A DNA stretch of 64,000 nucleotides from Cyanobacteria bacterium J06626_4 (GTDB lineage: Bacteria > Cyanobacteriota > Cyanobacteriia > Phormidesmidales > Phormidesmidaceae). This document shows, piece by piece, positions 29,765 through 39,785 of the stretch (position 1 is the stretch's first letter; each line of letters opens with the position of its first letter). The position numbers and the translations under genes were made by a program. The stretch is taken from assembly GCA_038523235.1 (NCBI GenBank), contig JBCBJQ010000018.1, positions 19,481-83,480 on the forward strand. Direction: 5' to 3'. Under the pieces are notes generated by a model. That model saw nothing but the letters and a program-made list of their open reading frames with translations, made no database searches and was not told the origin of the DNA.

Positions 29765-30985
29765 ATGACTACTCAACCTTCAGGGAAAAACGAGCCACTT
29801 TCTCAAATTGAGCGGGCCATAGCTGGCGATATTGCTGCGATCGCTGCCCTGATTAACCGTTCTTTTCAAAAGCAGGGCATACGAATAGAAGTCGTTCCGA
29901 ATAGGAGTACTTTAGAGGTTTCGCTCTATGGCAAAATACCGCCCTCAAAACGGTACATTGATGTGCTCAAATCAGGGTTAACGCGCATTGGGGTGACACG
30001 GTTTACTCACCTGGTCGTGGATAGCTACCAACAAGATTCATGCTTTCCTACTTGGGTAGAGACGATCACTCTGGTTGATGCCAGTGCCTCGACTGCGGAT
30101 ACTGCAGCTAAACCTACCAAAGCTATTCAAGCGGCGATCGCGCCATACCGCCCCCAATGGCAGGAACTGCAAACCAAACTGCCGCGCATTTTGCGAGAAC
30201 CCAAAATCTTTGCAGCAGCTTTCGTCGGGAGCTGGCTGTTAATGATTTTTCAACCCCTGATCTTGGTTGGCATCGCCCTCATTGCCAGTGGTGTGTGGTG
30301 GCTCAACCATCGTCATCAGTCCCCAAATTTGCCCAGCACTCTGCAACCACTGCCGGCTGTGCTCAAAGACTGGTCATGGGAATGGCTGGCCGCCCTCTTT
30401 GGCTTGTTGGCCTGGGTTACCAATGTCAAGCTGGCGATGTACGCAGGCATCATCAGCTCGTTGGTGGCGATCGCCCTCTTGTGCTGGCGAGGGCTGGCTC
30501 AATGGCGGCATCATGCTGCGCCTCAGGCTGTGGCAGATTGCCTGCTACTGCTGAATCTGCATCTGTTGCTGGCAGCGCTGTTACTGCTGAGGACGACTGC
30601 TTTACCAGCAGATTTCTTATCCACGGTGACCATCGTCTTAGGCGGTGCCATGATGATGCAAGTCGGTGGCCGCATGGGCCAGTTTGCCATTGTGGCTAAC
30701 ATCATCATCACCCTTTTGGCGCTGCTGTTCGTCATGCATCACCAAGGTCCAGGCATTTACGCCAGCTTAGATCGCCCCTACTACGACACCCAAGGGTTCA
30801 ATATCCTGTTTGGCTTCTTTGCCCTGATCGCTATGAGCATCTTTATCGGGTTGTTTTCGGGCGGCTCTTTAGTCTTAGGCGTCTTAGGCCATGCAGCGAC
30901 GCGCAATTCCAGCATCGGTTACGGACTGGTGCTGGTCGGGCCATATTTAAGCTGGCTCTGGGGTATCTCACTCACCTTGAGCTGA
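29765..30985 (+). CDS. Shared N-terminal module + polytopic membrane protein
   Basis: 'ERAIAGDIAAIAALINRSFQKQGI' followed by roughly 8-9 hydrophobic segments. Confidence 0.8.
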   Translation: MTTQPSGKNEPLSQIERAIAGDIAAIAALINRSFQKQGIRIEVVPNRSTLEVSLYGKIPPSKRYIDVLKSGLTRIGVTRFTHLVVDSYQQDSCFPTWVETITLVDASASTADTAAKPTKAIQAAIAPYRPQWQELQTKLPRILREPKIFAAAFVGSWLLMIFQPLILVGIALIASGVWWLNHRHQSPNLPSTLQPLPAVLKDWSWEWLAALFGLLAWVTNVKLAMYAGIISSLVAIALLCWRGLAQWRHHAAPQAVADCLLLLNLHLLLAALLLLRTTALPADFLSTVTIVLGGAMMMQVGGRMGQFAIVANIIITLLALLFVMHHQGPGIYASLDRPYYDTQGFNILFGFFALIAMSIFIGLFSGGSLVLGVLGHAATRNSSIGYGLVLVGPYLSWLWGISLTLS

Positions 30986-31105
30986 CGCAGTTCTTAACGG
31001 CACGGGGCTTATGCGCTCACCAGGGACAACAAACTATTGTGTTATTTTCAAGCACATCCCTGAGCGCACGGCTTTCCTGATCGATTTTCCCAACCGGTCG
31101 CGGCA

Positions 31106-31771
31106 CTACCAGGGCAGCACTTCGCCGTTGCCATGCCAAAACGTGCCGGTATTGTCGAGGGTGAGCGCGTCGATTCTGGCCAACAGTCCTTTGACCGATG
31201 CTGTGGGCGTGATGCCGTTGGGGGTAAAGCCCGTCATGCGCGTGCTAACCAGGCCTGGATGCAAGATCGCCACCGCAATGCCCTCCGGTCTTAAATCGTG
31301 AGACAGAGACTTGCCCGCCATCGAGAGCGCGACCTTCGACATGCGGTAGCCGTAGGAGCCGCCCGACGTGTTGTCGTCAATAGACCCCATGCGGCTGGTC
31401 ATCAAAACGACCTTGCTACCGGCCTTGAGATGGGGCAGCAGTGCTTTGGTGAAACGCAAGGGACCGATCGCATTCACTTCAAACTGCTCGCGAATACTCT
31501 CAATGTCGAGATTGTCCAGACTCACCCGGTTGATAATGCCCGCATTGTTGATCAGTACGTCTAGCTCAATGCCCTGCAGTTTGTTCGCCAACTCAGCAAC
31601 TGATGCGTCCGAGGTGATGTCAACCCCAGTTTCAACCCGAATGCCCAACTGCTCCAACTCTTCTGAACTGGAGCGGCAAACGGCAATAACGTCCTCCCCG
31701 CGCTGTTGCAGCTGCTTGCAATATTCATAGCCAATGCCGCGATTGGTACCGGTGATTAAATAAGTGGCCAT
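31106..31771 (-). CDS. Short-chain dehydrogenase/reductase (CsgA/C-factor-like)
   Basis: 'ITGTNRGIG', 'LINNAG', 'YGYRMSK', 'HPGLVST'. Confidence 0.92.
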   Translation of the reverse strand: MATYLITGTNRGIGYEYCKQLQQRGEDVIAVCRSSSEELEQLGIRVETGVDITSDASVAELANKLQGIELDVLINNAGIINRVSLDNLDIESIREQFEVNAIGPLRFTKALLPHLKAGSKVVLMTSRMGSIDDNTSGGSYGYRMSKVALSMAGKSLSHDLRPEGIAVAILHPGLVSTRMTGFTPNGITPTASVKGLLARIDALTLDNTGTFWHGNGEVLPW

Positions 31772-32018
31772 GAGATCGCTCCCCAGTTAGCGCTAAAAGT
31801 GTGTGCCTGTTTCGTATAGTAGCCTCGTCTTTTTTTCTCACCCGCGACGACCCCCAGAGGTGGAACCCTGGCCAGTTATGAGGCCAGCCAGTCAATCAGC
31901 AGCGGCTCTCCAGCCCCCGGTCAAGGCAGTCCCCTATGGCGTACGAGGGCAGTCGCGGCAATAGCCATAGACTCAGTATGATCGCTGGCAAGATCCACCG
32001 TTTCCCAAGGGGATCGAA

Positions 32019-33683
32019 TCACACTCCAACCCCAGTGAGTTCAGCCAATAGCGGATTCTGCTCGACCCACACGGAGACAGAACCACCGTTGCAGCGGAAC
32101 TCTGCCCAGCCATGCTCATTCGTATAAATCGGGTCTTTAATATGGCCGGTGATATCAAAAAAGACCTTGTGCCGCTTGCCGACTTCCATCCATTTACTGC
32201 CGCTCGGGCCATCACTCAAAATGACCGCCAGGGCATAGGGGTGATGTTCTGTCCCGAGGCGCGTCCAGCCGATGGTGTTGAAATGGTCAAGATAGTCATA
32301 TTGGGGGCCGTAGGCAAAGTTTTTGCGAGCAAACAGCAGGCGATCAAGGATCCACCGATGGGAGTCCATCCAGATCTCGTAGACGTTGCCATCGGGCGCT
32401 TGGTCTTTGTAGTGAGCGCCATAGTAGTCGGCATAAAACACACAGGGATAGCCTTGCTCGCGCAGCAAAATGATGGCATAGGCCAAGGGTTTAAACCACG
32501 CTTCCACCACCGACTCCAGTGCCTGTAGGGGCTGAGTGTCGTGGTTTTCGACCAGCGTCACCGCAAACAGGGGCAGCTCCTGCATTAGGGTGCCATCAAA
32601 CAGTCGTCGCATGTCGTAGTGACCGCCCGCCTTGCTGGCTTTGTAAAAGTTGTGATGCAGGGGGGCATCAAACAGGTTGAGTCGCCCGCCGGCATTGCCG
32701 ATATACCAGCTCAGGGTGCCAAAATCATAGGTCCAATACTCGCCGACGCAAAACAGATCGCGACCAGTATGGGCTTCTAAATGGTCGAGCCAGGCGTTAA
32801 AAAAGTCGCCATTGATGTGCTTAATCGCATCCAGGCGAAAGCCATCAGCGCCAATCTCATCGAGCATCCATTCACCCCAATAGTTCAGCTCACCCCGCAC
32901 TTCGGGATGGTTCATATCAAGGTCGCTGCCCATGAGGTAATCGTAATTGCCAACCTCTAGATCAACTTTGGTTTCAAAGCTTTTATCTGCCATTTTCCAA
33001 ACAGCTTTGAAGTCGGGCTCATAGCTGTTGTAGTCGACAGAATCAAAATGGTACCAGTGCCACTTCATCGTGGAGTATTTGTCGCCGCGCTGGGGAAAGT
33101 TGAATCCGGTCCACGCTTTGATGGTGCGCGCTCCACCCAGGGGACGGGTGCGATCGCGCGGATCATAGGGAATGGCCTCAAACTCTTCTTCGTAGTCAGC
33201 CGCCATTTTGTGATTGAAGACAACATCGGCGTAGATTTGGATGCCATTTTGTCGACAGGTTTGCACTGCATCGACATATTCGTCTTTGGTGCCGTACTTG
33301 GTACGAATCGTATCTCGTTGGTTAAACTCACCCAGATCAAACCAGTCATAAACGCCATAGCCCACGTCGAAACTGCCGCCAATGCCTTTGTAGGCAGGAG
33401 GCAGCCACAGCGCGGTAAATCCGGCGGCGGCCAGTTCTTGGGCATCGGCTTTGAGCTTTTGCCAGTGGGTACCATCGGCGGGAATGTACCAGTGAAACCA
33501 CTGCATCATCGTGCCGTTGAACTCAGCAGGCGCTTTCTTGTCAGCGATCGCGGCGGCATTCGTCCCGACCCAATCTTGCAGAGCAAATTTCGCGGCGTCG
33601 CGGGTCTCAGCATCCAATTTTTTACCGATCGCGCTGAATTGTTCTTTAAGGGTTTGAAAGGGAGATGGCATGGCAATGGGCAT
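32019..33683 (-). CDS. GH13 alpha-amylase (AmyA/Bacillus liquefying-type)
   Basis: 'NGTMMQWFHWY', 'WLPPAYKG', 'DVVFNH', 'DGFRLDAIKH', 'ENHDTQP', 'CNGGSVSVWV'. Confidence 0.93.
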   Translation of the reverse strand: MPIAMPSPFQTLKEQFSAIGKKLDAETRDAAKFALQDWVGTNAAAIADKKAPAEFNGTMMQWFHWYIPADGTHWQKLKADAQELAAAGFTALWLPPAYKGIGGSFDVGYGVYDWFDLGEFNQRDTIRTKYGTKDEYVDAVQTCRQNGIQIYADVVFNHKMAADYEEEFEAIPYDPRDRTRPLGGARTIKAWTGFNFPQRGDKYSTMKWHWYHFDSVDYNSYEPDFKAVWKMADKSFETKVDLEVGNYDYLMGSDLDMNHPEVRGELNYWGEWMLDEIGADGFRLDAIKHINGDFFNAWLDHLEAHTGRDLFCVGEYWTYDFGTLSWYIGNAGGRLNLFDAPLHHNFYKASKAGGHYDMRRLFDGTLMQELPLFAVTLVENHDTQPLQALESVVEAWFKPLAYAIILLREQGYPCVFYADYYGAHYKDQAPDGNVYEIWMDSHRWILDRLLFARKNFAYGPQYDYLDHFNTIGWTRLGTEHHPYALAVILSDGPSGSKWMEVGKRHKVFFDITGHIKDPIYTNEHGWAEFRCNGGSVSVWVEQNPLLAELTGVGV

Positions 33684-34186
33684 TACGAAAGGACAAATGA
33701 TTCAACCAGAACCGGCAAACAGAGGGCACTACGCGAATGATCAATCAACCGTTAACCAACGACCGGCAGTCGACAGAGTGGCCGGGCTCAACCACACGCC
33801 GACCAGATTAAGGCCAAAGGAGTGAGCGGTTGTTGCCCTGAGCCACCCCACATCAGCCAGTCGACTTTTTATGGCGCCAACAGCATACTACCGACCTCAA
33901 GTCTGACGGCAGGTCCCGATCAGCGGAAAGTGATGGCCGATACAATCGGCTCGATATTCAGAGCCACCTGTCTGTAAAGACTTCACGAATCGTCATGAAA
34001 GTTATCGGTTTTTGCTACAGATTCCGAAGAAAACCCTAAAGCTTCGACGGAATTAAAATCAGGCTTCCTAAAGTGATAGCAATCCACCCAGCGATAGATC
34101 TAACGATTTTGATTTTGATCGCGTGCGATCGCTCAACTCAACTGATCGGCTGGTGCCGGGATTTTTGATTGCACTTAACTGAGTTT

Positions 34187-35158
34187 ATGTCAGCCAACAT
34201 TCCCTTTGATATTGCGTCGGATTCTCACCATCAGCCCTCTGAAACTGCCAAGATCGCTGCCCCCGTGCGGATTCGGCGATTGGTTTGGAAGCTCGCGATC
34301 GCGACGCTGGCTCTCATGGCTGTAGGCAGCGCTACCCGCGTGATGAATGCGGGCTTGGCCTGCCCCGATTGGCCCCTGTGCTACGGCCAGTTGGTGCCCA
34401 GCCAGCAGATGAACTTACGGGTGTTTCTAGAATGGTTTCATCGCCTGGATGCCTCACTGATCGGCCTCATGTCAATTTGGCTAGCCGGGCAGTCCTGGTG
34501 GTGTCGTCGTGACCTGCCTCGGTGGCTCCCCTGGGCGGCGCTGGGGGCCGTGTTTTTAATTTTGGTGCAGGGAGCCTTAGGCGGGCTGACCGTCACCGAG
34601 CTGCTGCGGTTTGATATTGTCACTGCTCACCTCGGGACGGCCCTCGCCTTTTTAGTCACGCTGGTCGTGATGGGCTGCTGTCTCATGCCTTATCGCGGCG
34701 TCGGTACGTCGGGCACTTTGCATAGCATTGGGCTGATATCGGCGGTGTTGGTCTATCTGCAGTGCTTGTTGGGCGCATTGGTCGGCTCTCGCTGGGCCGC
34801 CCACCAATGCCTGGGGCTGTCGCAGCTGTGTCAAGTCATGGACAGCCACTTGATCGGGGTGGTGCCGCCCACCATCGCCATCTTTACGCTCCTGCTTGTT
34901 TCCTGGCGAACTCCAGCCTTGCATCCCTGGCTGCGACGACTGACGGTGGTCATCGGCACGCTGCTGTCTCTGCAAATTGTGTTGGGCATTGCCACGCTGC
35001 AAATGCATCTGCAGGTGGAGCCGCTCACAGTCACGCATCACACCGTTGGCGCCACCCTGACCGCCGCCCTCGTGGCCTTTACGGTACTCGCCTGGCGCGA
35101 TCGCACCCAAAGTTTTTCCACCCCGATTTCTCTCAAGCCGTCACAAACGCTGTCCTAG
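34187..35158 (+). CDS. ctaA: Heme A synthase (COX15/CtaA)
   Basis: 'AGLACPDWPLC', 'EWFHR', conserved His residues in TM helices. Confidence 0.92.
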   Translation: MSANIPFDIASDSHHQPSETAKIAAPVRIRRLVWKLAIATLALMAVGSATRVMNAGLACPDWPLCYGQLVPSQQMNLRVFLEWFHRLDASLIGLMSIWLAGQSWWCRRDLPRWLPWAALGAVFLILVQGALGGLTVTELLRFDIVTAHLGTALAFLVTLVVMGCCLMPYRGVGTSGTLHSIGLISAVLVYLQCLLGALVGSRWAAHQCLGLSQLCQVMDSHLIGVVPPTIAIFTLLLVSWRTPALHPWLRRLTVVIGTLLSLQIVLGIATLQMHLQVEPLTVTHHTVGATLTAALVAFTVLAWRDRTQSFSTPISLKPSQTLS

Positions 35159-35214
35159 AGCAACGACGGTCAGCAACTTTTCCTCGATTAATTTCAATAA
35201 GGATTTACCTGCAA

Positions 35215-36207
35215 ATGCAGACTTCTCCCACCTGGCAAAGTCCAACACCTCACCACGAGACCTTTTGGCAAGTTTGCCGGAGCTATTGGCAGCTGACAAA
35301 ACCCAGAATTATTCCCCTCTTACTGATTGAAACCGCCGCGAGCATGTTGGTGGCTGCCCACGGCACTGTGGATCCGCTGCTGTTGATAGTGACGCTGCTG
35401 ACCGGGGCACTGGCTGCGGCTTCAGCGCAATCGATCAACTGCATTTATGACCGCGACATCGACTTTGACATGGAGCGCACGCGGCATCGGCCAATTCCGT
35501 CGGGCCGCATTCAGCTGCGCGATGCGTTAATCTTTGCCGCCGCGCTCGCGATCGCCGCCTTTTCGCTTCAAGTCATCGTGGGCAATGTGCTCAGCGCCGC
35601 TCTAGAGATGGTCGGCATTGCCATTTACGTCGGCGTTTATACCCACTGGCTCAAGCGGTCATCCACCCAAAATATTGTGATCGGCGGTGCCGCTGGCGCG
35701 ATTCCACCCTTGGTGGGCTGGGCCGCTGTGACGGGTGAACTCAGTCTGGCCGCCTGGTTGTTTTTTGCCATCGTCTTTATCTGGACGCCGCCGCACTTTT
35801 GGGCGCTGGCCTTGGTGATTCAAGATGACTATGCCAAGGTGGGCGTGCCCATGTTGCCGGTCATCGCTGGCGACGAAGCAACCGCTAAACAAATCTGGGC
35901 CTACACACTGGTGCTGGTGCCCATCACGCTGCTGATGACGGTGCCGCTCCACGCGACCGGTTGGGTTTACGGGGCGATCGCCCTCTACCTTGGCTGGATC
36001 TTTATCAAAAAGGCTTGGGGGCTTTTACAGTCGCCGAGCGATCGCGACCAGGCCAAGTCACTGTTCAAATACTCCATTCTGTACATGATGGCGCTGTCGG
36101 CCGGGATGGTCATCGATAGCCTGCCCGTCACCCGATCAGCGGTGATGGCGCTTGGCCATCAGGCGTTTGAATTAGCCAACACCCTGCTTCCCACGGTCAT
36201 GGGGTAA
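35215..36207 (+). CDS. ctaB: Protoheme IX farnesyltransferase (heme O synthase)
   Basis: 'LTKPRII', 'DRDIDFDMERTRHRPIPSG', 'WTPPHFWALA', 'DY.KVGVPMLP'; ATG 35215 preferred to the ORF start at 34762, which overlaps ctaA. Confidence 0.95.
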   Translation: MQTSPTWQSPTPHHETFWQVCRSYWQLTKPRIIPLLLIETAASMLVAAHGTVDPLLLIVTLLTGALAAASAQSINCIYDRDIDFDMERTRHRPIPSGRIQLRDALIFAAALAIAAFSLQVIVGNVLSAALEMVGIAIYVGVYTHWLKRSSTQNIVIGGAAGAIPPLVGWAAVTGELSLAAWLFFAIVFIWTPPHFWALALVIQDDYAKVGVPMLPVIAGDEATAKQIWAYTLVLVPITLLMTVPLHATGWVYGAIALYLGWIFIKKAWGLLQSPSDRDQAKSLFKYSILYMMALSAGMVIDSLPVTRSAVMALGHQAFELANTLLPTVMG

Positions 36208-36385
36208 GGGCCATCCGCTCAGCGTCCCTGACTCTGGCGGTGTGCATGGGGATGAACGCCGGAGTCAAGAAGCCGGTTGTGCTATCAGCCCCTTACCGCC
36301 GCTTCAGGGCCGCTAGTTCTGAGCGGTGGGCCGCGGCGTTATCAGCGTTAGGATAAACACTCACCCGTTTAGCCAGCCAGCTTGC

Positions 36386-36907
36386 ATGCCTTCTCTTTTT
36401 AGCGCGATCGCCTTGGGTAGTAACCTCGGAGATTCTTTAACGATCCTGCAGGGGGCGATCGCGGCATTAACTCAGCCCCCTCATATCACCGTCACGACCT
36501 GCTCAAGCATCTACACCACGGCGCCGGTCGGGCCACCTCAACCGGATTATTACAATGCTTGTGCTCTGCTCAAAACCAATCTCGCCCCCGAGGAACTGCT
36601 CCGCACCTTGCTGCAGATCGAAGCCAAGTTTGGTCGCATGCGGCGCGAACGGTGGGGGCCGCGCCTGCTTGATCTCGATTTGCTGCTATTTGGCAACATT
36701 GTGATGACGACTGCAACCCTACAGCTACCTCACCCGCGCATGCATGAGCGGCCCTTTGTCTTGGTGCCCTTAGCCGAAATCGCCGCTCACTGGGTCGATC
36801 CCATCTCGGGGAAGGCGATCGCGCAACTAGCCGCCGGGGTTTCTCACGAGGGCGTTGAGCGACTAGCGGATGTGCCCCCCCTCCTGCCGCACCGCAACGG
36901 CAAATAG
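36386..36907 (+). CDS. folK: 2-amino-4-hydroxy-6-hydroxymethyldihydropteridine pyrophosphokinase
   Basis: 'IALGSNLGD', 'RWGPRLLDLDLL', 'PHPRMHERPFVLVPL'. Confidence 0.95.
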   Translation: MPSLFSAIALGSNLGDSLTILQGAIAALTQPPHITVTTCSSIYTTAPVGPPQPDYYNACALLKTNLAPEELLRTLLQIEAKFGRMRRERWGPRLLDLDLLLFGNIVMTTATLQLPHPRMHERPFVLVPLAEIAAHWVDPISGKAIAQLAAGVSHEGVERLADVPPLLPHRNGK

Positions 36908-36992
36908 TGTGCTACCGTAGCCGCTATCGGTCAGTCTGGGAGCGCTTTCGCCGCTCTTCACACCGTCATCCCCACAATTCTTCTGACGTGAT

Positions 36993-37550
36993 ATGTCGCT
37001 CGGTAACGAACCGCCCCAATTGCTTAAGCAGCGCCTATTGATTAAGGGACGCAAATTCGACTTCGAAGTCAACAGCTTGCGATTGCCCAACAAATCGGAG
37101 GGTGAGTGGGAATGCATTCGCCATCCAGGTGGCGCTTTGGCGGTTCCCATTACTGAGGATGGCAAATTAGTCCTAGTGCGTCAGTATCGATTTGCTATGC
37201 AGGGCAGACTTCTGGAATTTCCAGCGGGCACTGTCGAGCCTAACGAAACCCCCGCCCAGACGATTAAGCGCGAGATCGAAGAAGAAATTGGCTATCGGGC
37301 TCACACCTGGCAGCCGTTAGGTAGCTTTCCGCTGGCACCGGGCTACTCCGACGAGTTTATTCACGCTTTCATCGCGACCGACTTGGAGGCGATCGCCCAT
37401 CCCCCGGCCGGCGATGATGACGAAGATATTGTTGTCGTGTATATGACCCCCGACGAGTTTGAGCAGGCCGTCAGCAAAGGGGAAGGCGTCGATGCGAAAT
37501 CGATTGCCAGCTATTTCTTAGCCAAGGCTTACCTGGCTGACCTGACGTGA
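36993..37550 (+). CDS. NUDIX hydrolase (ADP-ribose pyrophosphatase-like)
   Basis: 'LVRQYR', 'EFPAGTVEPNE......REIEEEIG' Nudix box. Confidence 0.9.
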   Translation: MSLGNEPPQLLKQRLLIKGRKFDFEVNSLRLPNKSEGEWECIRHPGGALAVPITEDGKLVLVRQYRFAMQGRLLEFPAGTVEPNETPAQTIKREIEEEIGYRAHTWQPLGSFPLAPGYSDEFIHAFIATDLEAIAHPPAGDDDEDIVVVYMTPDEFEQAVSKGEGVDAKSIASYFLAKAYLADLT

Positions 37551-37680
37551 GGATGAGCAAACAGGACTGCGGTTGCCACTTACCCGATGCTTTGTACGAG
37601 ACAGCCAACCGACCCATCGGGGCTGGAGAAGGCTGACTAACTGCGATCACCCTGTGATTGCTGGACAATTTTCTGAGCAC

Positions 37681-37706
37681 AAAAAATCCCCTCCGCAGAG
37701 GGGATG
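37681..37706 (-). terminator. Intrinsic terminator for the response regulator gene
   Basis: aaaaaa then stem atcccct-ccgcag-aggggat between convergent genes. Confidence 0.7.
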
Positions 37707-37753
37707 TCAATTAAACCATCAACGCTCAAACCAGTTGCTGCGCTGAGCTGACG

Positions 37754-38464
37754 TCAACTAGAGGCCACAACGCTGGCTGGGGGCTCAAATTTGTAGCCCA
37801 CGCCCCGCACTGTTTGAATCATGGCCGGTTGGGTGGTATCTAGTTCAATCTTTTTACGGATTTGGCCAATGTGGACATCTACCACACGCTGATCACCGAC
37901 ATATTCGTAGTCCCAAACTTTTTGAATCAGCTCTGCCCGCCGCCACACACGACCGGGGTGGCTAGCTAGAAAATGTAGCAGGTCAAATTCCAACGCCGTG
38001 AGTGGCACCAGCTCGCGCTCCAGGGTGACTTCTCGCCGAACGGGATCGATCTCTAGGCTATTGAAGCTCAAACACTGTTGCTCAGCAGTGGTGACGGGGC
38101 GCTGGCGTTTAAGAATGGCCCCCACGCGGACCTCAAGCTCCCCCAAACTAAAGGGCTTGGTGAGATAGTCATCGGCTCCTTCCGCGAAGCCGCGAATCTT
38201 ATCGGCTTCATCACTGCGACTGGTGAGCATTAAGACAAAAACACCCGTGCGCGTCTGCATTTCTTTGCAGAGGTCATATCCATTAGCATCAGGGAGGTTG
38301 ACGTCCAACACCACTAAGTCGGGGTTGAGTTGCTCAAACACCGCAAGTGCATTTTTGCCATCTTCGGCAGATTCGACTTCGTAGTCTTGCTTCGACAAAA
38401 AGCGCAGTACAAGATTACGGACAGCTGGGTCGTCGTCAACGACAAGGATCTTGGCAGTAGCCAT
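37754..38464 (-). CDS. OmpR-family response regulator (possibly the Synechocystis Sll0649/Rre3 orthologue)
   Basis: Receiver 'ILVVDDD..LDVNLP..GADDYLTKPF' + winged helix 'VDVHIGQIRKK..TVRGVGY'. Confidence 0.93.
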   Translation of the reverse strand: MATAKILVVDDDPAVRNLVLRFLSKQDYEVESAEDGKNALAVFEQLNPDLVVLDVNLPDANGYDLCKEMQTRTGVFVLMLTSRSDEADKIRGFAEGADDYLTKPFSLGELEVRVGAILKRQRPVTTAEQQCLSFNSLEIDPVRREVTLERELVPLTALEFDLLHFLASHPGRVWRRAELIQKVWDYEYVGDQRVVDVHIGQIRKKIELDTTQPAMIQTVRGVGYKFEPPASVVASS

Positions 38465-38864
38465 AACGTAAACGTCTTACCAAAAGGACACAGGTGGTTG
38501 CTTTACATTAGACCGAGTACACTAAAGCCCTAGCGGTACCGGCAATGTTTCTTTAAAGTATCTTTTCGCAGGAACACGATGAAATCAGCCTAAACTGCAT
38601 CAATTTTTTCCCAGCCACTCGGTACTTTCTGTAAAGTAGTTATAAAGCTAGGACAGTCGTTGATGCTAACTCGGTTGACTCTAATGAAGAATACCCAAAC
38701 CGAGCTGAAACTTCTTCACCATACGGAACAAGTTTCAGTAGTGTGAGCCTAGTATAGTTAAACTGTGGCTAACACGAATGGCCCAAAAAGGATCGACGTC
38801 AGCAGAACTAACGGTTGACTTGCTCCGTGGATTTAGTCAGTAGACGCGCCAGGCTATCGAAGGG

Positions 38865-39491
38865 ATGTCGATGAGTGACCAGAACTACTACGATACGTTA
38901 GGCCTCGACGAAAACGCCTCTTTTGAGGAGATTCAGGAGGCCAAAGAGCGCTTGTTAGACGGTTGTGAAGACGATCGCAAACGGATGGATGCGATCGAAT
39001 CAGCCTATGACGCCATTCTGATGGAACGTCTCAGATTGCGTCAGGAGGGCAAGATAAAGGTGCCTGACCGCATTCGATTTGCTGAAGAGGTACCTGAAAA
39101 ACCAGTGGTGAAGGCCAACAGCGGTGACGTCTCCAAGCCCAGTTGGTTGGCTGACTTTTTAGACACGCCTTCTCGCAATGATGTGCTGCTCCCGGCGGGC
39201 ATTTTTGGAATTTTAGCGATTGTGAGTCTGGCCGGGCCGTCGCTGGCTTTGGCGATCGGGGTCGGGGTGGCGATCTATTTCCTCAATCGTAAGGAATATC
39301 GGTTTTGGCGCGCGCTGCTAATCACTGTGTTAGGGCTCACGGCGGGGTTGACTGTGGGCATCTTGCTGGGACAGATTCTCGGCCCGCAGGCAGCGGCGAT
39401 GTCAGGGGCAAGCGCCGATGTCGTGACGCAAAAAGTGGCCGCAATTATCACGATGGTTGTATTGTGGGCCGTCAGTAGCTTTTTGCGCTAG
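38865..39491 (+). CDS. CPP1-like (DUF3353) J-like membrane protein
   Basis: 'YDTLGL.ENASFEEIQ.A', 'AYDAILMERLRLRQEGKIKVPDRIRF', C-terminal TM helices. Confidence 0.85.
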   Translation: MSMSDQNYYDTLGLDENASFEEIQEAKERLLDGCEDDRKRMDAIESAYDAILMERLRLRQEGKIKVPDRIRFAEEVPEKPVVKANSGDVSKPSWLADFLDTPSRNDVLLPAGIFGILAIVSLAGPSLALAIGVGVAIYFLNRKEYRFWRALLITVLGLTAGLTVGILLGQILGPQAAAMSGASADVVTQKVAAIITMVVLWAVSSFLR

Positions 39492-39659
39492 TCGTCAGCG
39501 CCGGCTGCTCGATTCAACAGCATTCCTTAAAGTCGGGCGGACTCAGGCGGCATCCTATCTCCCCTAGGCTCTGCTTTGATGCGCTTAGTCGGGGTGCCAA
39601 GCTAGCTTTGCCGCTCTTTTGAAACCTGGCCGCACTTGACTTCGACGAACCGAACCAGA

Positions 39660-39785
39660 TTAGCGAGTTCCTGCACTGCGAGTGCGCCGAGGCTTGCCCG
39701 TGGGGCGAGGTTGAAAAGGCGTTTTGTGACGATTACGACGTTTGGCTCGGGGCGAAATTGTGCTTTGGCGGTGGGTGCTAGACAT
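39660..39785 (-). CDS. Candidate 41-aa highly basic small protein (not in ORF track)
   Basis: MSSTHRQSTISPRAKRRNRHKTPFQPRPTGKPRRTRSAGTR*; GAGGT 6 nt upstream of the ATG. Confidence 0.45.
   Translation of the reverse strand: MSSTHRQSTISPRAKRRNRHKTPFQPRPTGKPRRTRSAGTR

Noticed and set aside
34762..35214. 151-aa N-terminal extension of CtaB
   Set aside because: Overlaps ctaA and shows no domain features; recognisable homology begins after ATG 35215.
34187..36207. ctaA-ctaB not adjacent to coxBAC
   Set aside because: Separation from the oxidase subunit genes also occurs in other cyanobacteria.
38623..38638. Palindrome TACTTT-ctgt-AAAGTA in the divergent promoter
   Set aside because: Short, AT-rich and not matching the NtcA or LexA consensus; cannot be distinguished from chance.
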